From assembly GCF_036365525.1 (NCBI RefSeq), contig NC_090409.1, positions 39,256,437-39,320,436 on the forward strand: a stretch of 64,000 nt of DNA, read 5' to 3'. The notes beneath the pieces are model-generated. The model had not been told where the DNA came from. It saw only the letters and a program-made list of their open reading frames with translations, and did no database searches. Below, piece after piece: positions 1 through 11,000 of the stretch. This DNA comes from Heterodontus francisci. Taxonomy: Eukaryota. Positions within the stretch are counted from its first letter, which is position 1; each line of letters begins with the position of its first letter. Position numbers and translations under genes: made by a program.

Positions 1-15
1 TTCAATCTTTTCCAG

Positions 16-348
16 GTTACCCGTCTGTCCCAGTTTCTGGGTTCCTTGGGGAGCAGGTTGTGCTGCCCTGTATCTACAAAGGGAATGTCCCAGTCTCTGA
101 ATTACAGGTAATTTGGTGGATATTCAATCGTGGAATTTTACACAAATTTATCGATGGGAACGATGATTTAACACAACAAGACCCATGGTTCAGAAACAGA
201 ACAAACCTGTTCAAAGATCAACTGGAACAAGACAACTGGTCAATTATGATCTCTGACCTCAGGCAGTCAGACCAGAATGAGTATCAGTGTGAGATTCAAC
301 AGAGGGAGACTCCAGTCTTTCATCAAGATATTCATCTCTTTGTAACAA
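16..348 (+). CDS. Copy A IgV exon (V-set, B7/BTN type)
   Basis: ttttccag|G acceptor, A|gtgag donor, 333 nt, phase 1-1. Contains [27 protein letters not shown] and DQNEYQC: the canonical V-set Cys/Trp/DxxxYxC pattern plus the B7/BTN-like RTxLF..L..xN.S motif. Confidence 0.92.
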
Positions 349-3300
349 GTGAGAGGTTTCTGTTTCAGGTATTCTGCATTTACTCTCCGATTTTATGGGT
401 ACGGTAGTGCAGTGGTTATGTTACTAGACTAGTAATCCAGAGGCCTGGTCTAATAATCCAGAGAATGTGAGTTCAAATCCCACCATGGCAATTTCAGAAT
501 TTAAATTCAGTTTAAAATAAATCTGGAAATATAAAGTTGGTCCCAATAAAAGTGACCATGAAGCTGTTGGATTGTTGTAAAACCCAACTGGTTCACTAAT
601 GTCCCTCGAGGGAAGGAAACCTGCCGTCCTTACCCGGTCTGGTCTATATGTGACTCCTGTCCCACATTAACCTGGTTGCCTTTTAACTGCCCTCTGAAGT
701 GGCCGAGCAGGTCAATCAGTTTGTATCAAACTACTGGAAAGAAAAACAAGTATAAAACTGAACGGACCACTGGCTGTGACCCAGGAATCGAATCAGGACA
801 CAGCAAAGGCAAACCCACGGTGCTATCAAGCTGCTCTCACTCTCCAGAAATGTGCTACATCTGTCTCCAGATGTTGGGGTGCAGGAAGTGGGGCCCATAG
901 CACCATTTTTCACTCTGCCGACCCTGTTCCTGATCCTTCCTGATCAGTTTTCCCGAGTCTCGTTCCTCCCATGATGTGTTTACCCACAGCCCTATAGAGT
1001 CTTTGAACATTTCTACAGTTTGTTTCACACACAATACTAAACACATGATGTTTTCTTTAGAGCGAGCTCGTACACCGGTACCGGACACACCTGTACCAGG
1101 TAAATCTGTTTCTAAACTACTGCATGTGCTTTTAGCTCTTGTGGTGTACAGTCAGGTGGGAGTGACCCCAGGAGTCCTCAGTATTAAGTCAATGAGGAGT
1201 AATATTGATACACGTATAAACCGTGTTCCACCCAATCCCATGGTTCTCCAAACCGACAAATTATTTTAAAATTCCCGCTCCATTTCAGCGAGCTGTTGGG
1301 CTTAATTGAAGGGAGGCTGTGTGGAAGTGAGCAGAAAGGCATGGCACAATGCTTAATGGGAAATATAGCCAAGTTAGGAATAGTAGCTTTGCTGAGCTTT
1401 GATTTTAAGTAGCAGAAACCACAATGAAATAGTTAAAAGTAAAGGCAGAGCGTGTGAGACTGTAAAGACTAGCCGACACTGGTAATTGCAAGGACATCTG
1501 TTCTTTATGGCCTGATTGTGTGACTCCCTGTGGTTTGGAACAAATGGACTCCTGTGAATCAAATGATGTCCATCCCTGTGTGAGTGATAAGGAGTGATAG
1601 GCCCCTCTTATCTTCGTGAGCTGCCACTACTTGATGTTTCTGCAGACTGAACGAAACACTCAGGAATGTAAACCTAATAGAGATAGCAGGATGCTCCGCA
1701 ATTACTTGTCACAAGGTAGAGACAGACTCATGATCCATGTAGGGAGTGAGACTAGAATGATTATTGATGATTCCTATGCTCTTGCTAATTAGCTTGCTTG
1801 TCCGCTTTCTTTTATCTTGCTGGTACAAAACAATATTTTATTAGTAACAAGTATGTATGGAGAATAGAGTGTATTGTAACCTCAGTAACAGATGTACTGC
1901 ATGTCACCACGTGGGTGAAGTCGAATTGTATCGCACTGATTGGTTAAACAAGGGGGTGTAGCATGAATCTTAATGTATAAACAGTAGTACCTGTATCAAA
2001 AAAACTTCACTTACTCTAGTGGACCAGACAGACTCTGGGTGGAGTCAGTGTCGTTGCATTAGAGTAAGTCAGCCGGCTAAATGCGCAAATAAAGTAATTG
2101 ATTTTCCCGACACATCCGACTCGGTATATTTACTGAACCAGACTGACGGCAAAAAGAACTCAGATTTACAGCTGCTGCTGGTCAGTGTCCAGTTATCTCC
2201 ATTGGAAAGCATGTATCGATCACATTGTGGGGGGATGTGTGTGTGTGAGATTATTGATATCTGACCTCCCACATCCCTCCAGGACTAGAATTGACCAGGG
2301 ATGTGTTTGTACTGGGGATGGTTCTGAAACACTAGGTGCTGACGGTCTCTGCTGTTAGTTTTGTTAGTGTGTCCCAGTCTGTTAACAGCTTCATTCTGTC
2401 TCTAGGTCCTGGACCCTCTACTGGATTGGTAGTTGGATTGGTCATCGCAATTCTTGTTCTTGTTTGCATAATTCTTGTTCTTGTTTGCATAATTCTGGGT
2501 TTTATTCTCGTAATCGGAAAGCAACAAAGATGGTGAGTTCTGGAATGTTCTGCAGTTCCCATTGTTAATTCTAGTTTTGTTTTATTCTATTTGGTGTTGT
2601 GGAAATGTTGTGTGCACTGATACACTTTGTGCTGTGTGGGATGTTTCAATGCTGCATTATCCAGTCACTTCCAGCTTGTTGTCATCCTCTAGCTGCTGAA
2701 CTGAAGGTGAAGAGCAGGAATGTGCGGCTCCCTCAATCACACAGTTAATAGACACTCGCCTAATCTCTGCAGCAAACAACTCACCAGCCTACACCTAAAA
2801 TCCCCTTGTCCCCTCTCCTCTGACTTTTCACCAGCCTCTGATCCTTGCTCTGTTCCCCAGCCACTGACTCCATCCCCCTCCCTGGCCACTGTCTGAGGCT
2901 GAACCAGACTGTTCACAACCTTGAAGTCCTATCAGACCCTGAGCTGAGCTTCCGACACTGTATCGTTTCCATCACTGAGATCTCCTACCTCTACTCCTGT
3001 GATATTCCCCTGTGTGATTTCAGTCCCTGTCTCTCCCCATCTGCTGCTGAAACTCCCGCCTCAGCCCATCTCCTGAAACCCTCATCCGTGCCTTTGTTAT
3101 TTTTGGACTCGACTATTCCAATGTTCCCCCGGCCAATTCCACCTTGCACCCTCCGTAAACTTGAGCTCATCTAAAATTCTGCTGCCCCGTATCCTAACTC
3201 ACACCAAGTCCCATTTACCCATCACTCCTGTTCTCACTGACCTAAATTCATCCTCCTGTTCAAATCCCTCCATTGCCTCACCTCTCCCGATCTCTAATCT

Positions 3301-4385
3301 CCTCCCTGATCTCTGTGCTGCTCCAATTCTGGCCTCTTGCACCCCCCTGTTTTCCATCACTCCACCATTGGCGGCTGTGCCTTTAGCTGCCTGAGCCCTA
3401 AGTTCTAGAATTCCATCCCTAAACCTCTCTGTCCCTCTCTGTCTCTCCTCCTTTCAGACACACCTGAAAACCTACGTCTATATCCGAGCTTTTGATCACC
3501 AGCCCTAATATCTTGGTGCACACATTCTGTTTGATAATTGCTCCTGTGAAGCATCTTGGGATGATAAAGGAGCTATATAAATGCATGTTGTTGTTTAAGC
3601 GCAAATAGAGATTGCATTTTTCAAGTCACCCCCTGTGACCCGGCCATCAGTGGTTTTAATCACTAACAAGGGTATGTTGCATTTCTCTGTCTCCCTCAAC
3701 ATCCACATCTCCCTGCCCACCTCTTGCCCACCTGCCAGTGGGGAGGGGGAACTATTGCAGACTCTCTAACTCTGTCCTCTGACTCTCCCCCATCACAATA
3801 TTTCTGTTTCCGTCAGCCTGTTTGGTCACTGCTGGGTCGGATTTGATCACATCAGGGAATATCCTGTCCATCTGTGTCTCCTCTCAATAATTCAGGATCA
3901 GTCTGGAGAGTACGGACATTCCCAGCCTCCTCCTGTCTGATCTGATCCCCATTATCTTCAGCTCAGTGTTAACCAAGATCCTCATCAATTCTTCTTAATC
4001 TCCAATGTTGAGGTGAGCTGTCATTTTTCTATTGGTCTGGTGCCTCGGTCAGCACAGGTCCTGTGGAGTGTCCAGCTCTTGCCCATTGCCTCCTCTATAA
4101 GCCTCCTCTCCTCTACACTCTGTGCTCCATCACCGTGCAGCTCCTGTGACCCATTTTCCAGCTGCCATTGGTGCCCAGGATGTTGAGTGTAATTTAATTG
4201 GTCTGTGCTCCTGAACAGCTCCTTTACACACTTGTACAAAGTGTTGGATTCTTTTAATGTAACCTGAACTCTGCTGTTTTTTCCCTCCCAGGACAGAGAA
4301 CAAACGCAGCATCAATCGCAATGAAGCATCTAATGTCGTCCCTTTGACAGGGGTGACTTGTTCAGATGAAACACGGGCTTTGTGA
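16..4385 (+). CDS. Copy A (5'-partial): single-IgV B7/butyrophilin/MOG-like type I membrane protein
   Basis: Exons 16-348 (IgV), 1061-1099 (stalk), 2406-2532 (TM), 4292-4385 (tail, stop TGA). All introns GT-AG with consistent phases (1,1,2). Leader exons would lie upstream of the window. Confidence 0.85.
397..820 (+). mobile_element. tRNA-headed SINE/LINE 5' region in the intron after the IgV exon (homologs at about 20670-21092 and 58690-62028 on -)
   Basis: A box TAGTGCAGTGG 405-415 and B box GAGTTCAAATCC 469-480; body similar to 46220-46600. Confidence 0.7.
1061..1099 (+). CDS. Copy A Pro/Thr stalk mini-exon ([13 protein letters not shown])
   Basis: ttttctttag acceptor, G|gtaaat donor, 39 nt in frame; homologous exons in B and C. 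Confidence 0.8.
1320..2170 (+). mobile_element. Solo LTR (851 bp), present only in copy A
   Basis: TGT...ACA termini and 4-bp TSD GCTG (1316-1319, 2171-2174). Empty site in B (about 19975) and C (about 55435). Internal reverse CCAAT about 1939, TATAAA 1976-1981, AATAAA 2088-2093. Confidence 0.8.
2406..2532 (+). CDS. Copy A transmembrane exon
   Basis: tctctag acceptor, TG|gtgagt donor; [42 protein letters not shown]. Confidence 0.85.
2840..3600 (+). mobile_element. L2-like LINE 3' remnant (homologs about 18770-19625 and 54600-54790 on -)
   Basis: Decayed RT C-terminal-like sequence (KLELI..SAARILT) ending in gctatataaatgcatgttgttgtt. Confidence 0.6.
4292..4385 (+). CDS. Copy A cytoplasmic tail exon, truncated by a 1-bp deletion relative to C
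   Basis: Polypyrimidine tract ending ctcccag; (W)[30 protein letters not shown]; phase matches the TM exon. Confidence 0.7.
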
Positions 4386-4775
4386 CAACAGCACCTGAGC
4401 ATCAGAATGGAGCAGCTGGAGAACAAAACCTTCTGGGGAACGGGGCTGTCCAGCACTTACTGAGTTTACACTGCACTGAGCCTGGGTCAGGGAGGGGAAA
4501 ATCAGCCCAGTATTGTGGTTATCCAGTGAATCCTGGTGGAAAGTCTGAGCTCAGGATCGGGATCAACAATCACTTCCCACTCTGCACAAACCCCTCTGAC
4601 CAGCAGAGTCTTGAGATAATCACCCAATGACAGTGTTGTCCCTTTACTAGAAAACCTGTCCGATTGATATTACATTATATCTCAGTGTTACTGATACACA
4701 CTGTGTCCAAACCCAGGACCAACACACAGGAACACACAGGACCAACTTCAGCTGTGTAACCCATTGATCACTCCC

Positions 4776-5727
4776 TGTGTGAGATGGTAACTTCCAAAAT
4801 ATCCGAATGATGAGCGAGTGGTTTTATGAAAGTGACTTTTAAAAATTATTTAATAAAACAAAGGAATTTATAATTAAGCTAAATGTTTTTCAATCAAGAA
4901 GACAGTGAGGGCCGATTAGCTACAGTTTGTCACCTGGTTGGGTTCGGCTTAGAACAGAAGCCATGGCAAAGGGCAGAAATTGACAAGCCCAGTAGCAACA
5001 GAGAACATCTGGGTGGGCAGCGAACTGCCAAGCTGTTTGGTTGTCAGTCAGTGCATGTGTGTGATACCTTCTGGAAGGAGACAAAAGTCAAGTGCTACTA
5101 AAGTGCCAAAGAAGGACAGAAAAAGGAAAGAATTCCAAGGAAGAACAGAAGACTACAACCCAGTGCTTTTACTCTCAGTTCCCTCAAAGACTCTGAAGTT
5201 CAGCATGTTAATTTGTCATGTTCCTGCATTTTAACGAGGCCAGCTAAATTGCTTTTCAACACTGCCTGAAGAGAACTAATTCTGGAAGTTTCTTTAACAG
5301 TTGCTCGGACGTTGGACTGTCTGCTTCTTTGGTGCAGTGAGTTTCATCTGCTATTCTTTTAGGGGTGGACACGTGATCTATTTGTGTTTTTGTCTGTAAC
5401 AGAGCTCTGATCTAAAAATTCTTTTTCTTTTTCCGGTTAACTGATTTATGTATAGGAATGTGTGTGTGAAGGAACAAAGGTAAAGAGGACATTTTAAAAT
5501 CTAACGTTGGATATTTAAAAATTTGATCTGTGATATTGTTTTACTGTATTACTAGTTAAGAATTGTTTTATAATAATCCGTTAATTTTGTTTAGTAAAGA
5601 AACCTGGTTAGTGTGTTTTATTCTGGGGAATTGTTTCAACAAATGGGAAACTTTTAAAGAATATGTTGTGACCTGTGGAGAAGCGGGACTGAATTAACAG
5701 TGCACTCCTCCTGCCTCGGTCCTAACA
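4776..5727 (+). mobile_element. LTR-like element 3' of copy A (homolog about 52496-53442 on -), containing candidate poly(A) signal AATAAA 4852-4857
   Basis: TG...CA ends (tgtg...cctaaca) and AT-rich body; no clean TSD found. Confidence 0.4.
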
Positions 5728-6299
5728 GTGGGAACATCAGGTAGTTTCTGATGAATTTATTAACCTGTTCTCAGTGTGGGTGAAACTGGCAGGGCCCCAT
5801 TTATTGTCCATCTCTGCTTGAACCACTGCAGTCCTTGTAGCGATGGTTCTTCCACAGTGGTGAACATGGGATGTAGATGGGCTATTTGACTGTGGCAGGT
5901 ATCACAGCCTACCTTCTTACTCAAGAGAGGCACCAAGATTTCAACAGGAGAGACAGAGATCAGGAACAAGAAATGTAGGAAGTGTATAAAACATTATCTA
6001 TGACAGCAGTCAGATCCATAATGATTGAATTGAAGAGATAGATATGAAGAGAGGCTGTGAGATATTTCAGTTTAATGTCAGACACTCGCCACTGTAAAGA
6101 TTAGAAATAAGAATCAGCTGTGAGGCAATGTGGACTCAGCTGATATTGTGTGAGATTGCTGAGCTTTTCTATTTCTAATGCAGAGACTGTGTGAATTCTA
6201 TCTGCAATCGATGCAGACACACAGGAGCAGTAGTGTGAAGCTTACACACACACACTCGGCAGTGTGAGCCTGACACATTGGCGCCAGGAGAAGCCCTTG

Positions 6300-6410
6300 C
6301 CGCCAAGGGGTGGGGCCGGGGGCAGGGCGAGAGCTGAGTGACAGGCCGGCCCGGCCGCTGATTGGGCGGTTGGCTCTGACCCCGCCCCCCGGCGCGAGCA
6401 GAATCCGTTG
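6300..6410. promoter_or_regulatory. CpG-rich promoter-like 111-bp block with GC boxes and a CCAAT box
   Basis: ggggccgggg, ctgattggg and ccccgcccc motifs; block absent from the paralogous flank at about 50113. Confidence 0.4.
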
Positions 6411-6785
6411 GAGGGAGAAGGGGTTGAAGTGAATGGAATGAGAGAATGGTGAGAGCAGAGGAGGAGGCCATTCGGCCCGTCTTGTCTGTGCTGGCTCTCT
6501 GTCAGAGCAACTCAGCTAGTCCCACAGCCCCCTGCCTTTTCCCCCGCTAGCCCCCGCACAACATTACTCTTCACATCATTATCCAATTCCCTTTTGAAAG
6601 CCACCATTGAATGTGCCTCCACCACACTCTCAGGCAGCGCATTCCACATCCCAAACACTCGCTGCCCAAAAAAGATCCGCCCTCCCCTCATGTCGCTACA
6701 TGGTTAGTTAATGAGGTGACGAGTTAGAACTGCTTACCCGGTCAGCAGGGCCTGACTCAGGTCTTTGGAATTGGTTTTTACTTAC

Positions 6786-7405
6786 ACACCAAGTGAGCAG
6801 CATGGAGGCCAGCACGATGGCGTACTGCTGCGACAGAGTACTTCACTCGGACAATTTGGTGAGTGAGGGAATTCGGCGCAGGGAGGGAAGAGGTGCTGTT
6901 CTGGTCTTTCACAAGACAAGGAGTGATCTGAGAGTGGGAGCAGGAGACAGTGAGACCAGAGAGCTGAAGTCCAGAGGCATTAATTAGATAAACAGGTAAA
7001 TGATTAGTTAGGGAAGGAAAATCTGCCGTCCTTACCTGGTCTGGTCTACATGTAACTCCAGACCCACAGCAATGTGGTTAACTCTTAACTGCCCTCTGAA
7101 AAGGCCGAGCAAGTCATTCAGTTTTATCAAATAATTGGGGATTATAATCGAGGTGAGAAAGCCACAGCCATGAGGACATTCAATGTGTCTCAGATACTGA
7201 AACAAGGCCAACAGCAACTAAATGGAGTGATCAATGTGTCCTGGGTACTGAAGTAAACTCACTCACAACAATGAGGAAGATCTAGTTTATCCTGAAGTAT
7301 GGATTCCATTAAAAGTCGTGTGTCTTGAGGCCACACGGACAGTCAAACATGTTCCAAATCAGAGCAACATGAGGAGAGAGCCCCAACCAACAGTTCAATG
7401 TATCT
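6786..7405 (-). pseudogene. Two relic exons of an unidentified gene (about 7405-7263 and 6927-6786)
   Basis: Splice-site-like borders (ctcccactctcag, gtgagt, gtaagt); the joined frame is interrupted only by three TGA codons. Homologs at about 11895-12040 and 49118-49740. Confidence 0.3.
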
Positions 7406-8058
7406 CCGAAAGGGAAATTCCAGTTTTTCAGTTTTTTCTATCACTTCAAGACTGTTCCTACATTAAAGAAAGACCTGCATTTATATAGCATCTTTCTTGA
7501 CAATTTACACAGAACAAGATCCCACAAATATCAATGAGATAAATAATAATGAAACCAAAAAGTGCTGGAAACACTCAGCAGTCCTGGCAGCATCTGCGGA
7601 GAACTCTTTTACATCCATTTGAGTGGGCAGATGGAGCCCTCAGTTTAATGACTCATCCAAATGACAGCACCTCTGACAGTGTGGCACTCCCTTCGCACTG
7701 TGCCTCCAATCGTGTAGTACTCCCTCAGCACTGCCCTTCCGACAACACAGCACTCCCTTGATACTGCCCCTGTGCCTCCGCTCCCCAACAGTATTCCAGA
7801 TGACCTGGTCAGTATCACATTGATGTTTGTGGGATCTTGCTGTCCACAAATTGGCTGCTACGTTTCCTACATGACAACAGTGACTACTTCAAAAATAGGC
7901 AGTACTTCATCGGCGATGAAGCACTTTGGGAACGCCTGAGATGCTGGAAGGTGCTATTTAAATGCAAGGCTTGTTTTCAAAGTTGCTTCAAGGTGTCTCT
8001 GTCATGCTGCCCTCTTGGTGGCGCTGTTGCTCAGTTTCTATTGGCCGGTTGAACTGGA

Positions 8059-8071
8059 CGCCATCTACTGG
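8059..8071 (-). promoter_or_regulatory. CTCF core motif CCAGTAGATGGCG
   Basis: Matches the CTCF core consensus CC[AG][CG][CT]AG[AG][TG]GGC[AG] and abuts the 43-bp satellite. Confidence 0.5.
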
Positions 8072-11000
8072 CTGAACCCCTTTAATACAGGAACCAGACT
8101 CTGGGTTGATCTGACCGAATCCCTTTAATACCGGAACCAGACTCTGGGTTAATCTGACCGAATCCCATGAATACAGGAACCAGACTCTGGGTTAATCTGA
8201 CCGAATCCCTTTAATACCGGAACCAGACTCTGGGTTAATCTGACCGAATCCCTTTAATACCGGAACCAGACTCTGGGTTAATCTGACCGAATCCCATTAA
8301 TACAGGAACCAGACTCTGGGTTAATCTGACCGAATCCCTTTAATACCGGAACCAGACTCTGGGTTAATCTGACCGAATCCCTTTAATACCGGAACCAGAC
8401 TCTGGGTTAATCTGACCGAATCCCATTAATACAGGAACCAGACTCTGGGTTGATCTGACCGAATCCCATTAATACAGGAACCAGACTCTGGGTTAATCTG
8501 ACCGAATCCCTTTAATACAGGAACCAGACTCTGGGTTAATCTGACCGAATCCCATTAATACAGGAACCAGACTCTGGGTTAATCTGACCGAATCCCATTA
8601 ATACAGGAACCAGACTCTGGGTTAATCTGACCGAATCCCATTAATACAGGAACCAGACTCTGGGTTAATCTGACCGAATCCCTTTAATACAGGAACCAGA
8701 CTCTGGGTTAATCTGACCGAATCCCATTAATACAGGAACCAGACTCTGGGTTAATCTGACCGAATCCCATTAATACAGGAACCAGACTCTGGGTTGATCT
8801 GACCGAATCCCATTAATACAGGAACCAGACTCTGGGTTAATCTGACCGAATCCCATTAATACAGGAACCAGACTCTGGGTTAATCTGACCGAATCCCTTT
8901 AATACCGGAACCAGACTCTGGGTTAATCTGACCGAATCCCTTTAATACCGGAACCAGACTCTGGGTTAATCTGACCGAATCCCTTTAATACCGGAACCAG
9001 ACTCTGGGTTAATCTGACCGAATCCCTTTAATACAGGAACCAGACTCTGGGTTGATCTGACCGAATCCCATTAATACAGGAACCAGACTCTGGGTTAATC
9101 TGACCGAATCCCATGAATACAGGAACCAGACTCTGGGTTAATCTGACCGAATCCCTTTAATACCGGAACCAGACTCTGGGTTAATCTGACCGAATCCCTT
9201 TAATACCGGAACCAGACTCTGGGTTAATCTGACCGAATCCCATTAATACAGGAACCAGACTCTGGGTTAATCTGACCGAATCCCTTTAATACCGGAACCA
9301 GACTCTGGGTTAATCTGACCGAATCCCTTTAATACCGGAACCAGACTCTGGGTTAATCTGACCGAATCCCATTAATACAGGAACCAGACTCTGGGTTAAT
9401 CTGACCGAATCCCATTAATACAGGAACCAGACTCTGGGTTAATCTGACCGAATCCCTTTAATACCGGAACCAGACTCTGGGTTAATCTGACCGAATCCCA
9501 TTAATACAGGAACCAGACTCTGGGTTAATCTGACCGAATCCCTTTAATACCGGAACCAGACTCTGGGTTAATCTGACCGAATCCCATTAATACAGGAACC
9601 AGACTCTGGGTTAATCTGACCGAATCCCATTAATACAGGAACCAGACTCTGGGTTAATCTGACCGAATCCCTTTAATACAGGAACCAGACTCTGGGTTAA
9701 TCTGACCGAATCCCATTAATACAGGAACCAGACTCTGGGTTGATCTGACTGAACCCCTTCAATACAGGAACCGGACTCTGGGTCGATCCGACTGAACCCC
9801 TTTAATACAGGAACCGGAATCTGGGTCGATCCGACTGAACCCCTTTAATACAGGAACCAGACTCTGGGTTAATCTGACCGAATCCCTTTAATACCGGAAC
9901 CAGACTCTGGGTTAATCTGACCGAATCCCATTAATACAGGAACCAGACTCTGGGTTGATCTGACTGAACCCCTTTAATACAGGAACCGGACTCTGGGTCG
10001 ATCCGACTGAACCCCTTTAATACAGGAACCGGAATCTGGGTCGATCCGGTTGAATCCCTTTAATACAGGAACCGGACTCTGGGTTGATCTGACCGAATCC
10101 CTTTAATACAGGAACCGGACTCTGGGTCGATCCGGTTGAATCCCTTTAATACAGGAACCAGACTCTGGGTCGATCCGGTTGAATCCCTTTAATACAGGAA
10201 CCGGACTCTGGGTCAATCCGACTGAACCCCTTTAATACAGGAACCGGACTCTGGGTCGATCCGACTGAACCCCTTTAATACAGGAACCGGACTCTGGGTC
10301 GATCCGACTAAACCCCTTTAATACGGGAAAAGGACACTGGGTCGATCCGACTGAACCCCTTTAATACGGGAACCGGACTCTGGGTCGATCCGACTGAACC
10401 CCTTTAATACGGGAACCGGACTCTGGGTCGATCTGACTGAACCCCTTTAATACAGGAACCAGACTCTGGGTCGTTCCGACTGAACCCCTTTAATACAGAA
10501 ACCGGTCTCTGGGTCGATCCGACTGAACCCCTTTAATACAGGAACCGGACTCTGGGTCGATCCGACTGAACCCCTTTAATACAGGAACCGGACTCTGGGT
10601 CGATCCAACTGAACCCCTTTAATACAGGAACCGGACTCTGGGTCGATCAGACTGAACCCCTTTAATACAGGAACCGGACTCTGGGTCGATCCGACTGAAC
10701 CCCTTTAATACGGGAACCGGACTCTGGGTCGATCCGACTGAACCCCTTTAATACAGGAACCGGACTCTGGGTCGATCCGACTGAACCCCTTTAATACAGG
10801 AACCGGACTCTGGGTCGATCCGACTGAACCCCTTTAATACAGGAACCGGACAACGGGTCGATCGGACTGAACCCCTTTAATACGGGAACCGGACTCTGCG
10901 TCGATCCGACTGGACCCCTTTAATACAGGAACCGGACTCTGGGTCGATCCGACTGAACCCCTTTAATACGGGAACCGGACTCTGGTTCGATCCGACTGAA

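Noticed and set aside
16-420. IgV exons as rearranging Ig, TCR or IgNAR V segments
   Set aside because: Each exon includes its own G strand and ends at a splice donor; no heptamer-spacer-nonamer follows and no J or C segments are seen.
4021-4239. 72-aa ORF (YKCVKELFR...) conserved in all three copies
   Set aside because: Antisense and intronic, with a non-ATG start and no domain; its conservation is explained by the recent duplication.
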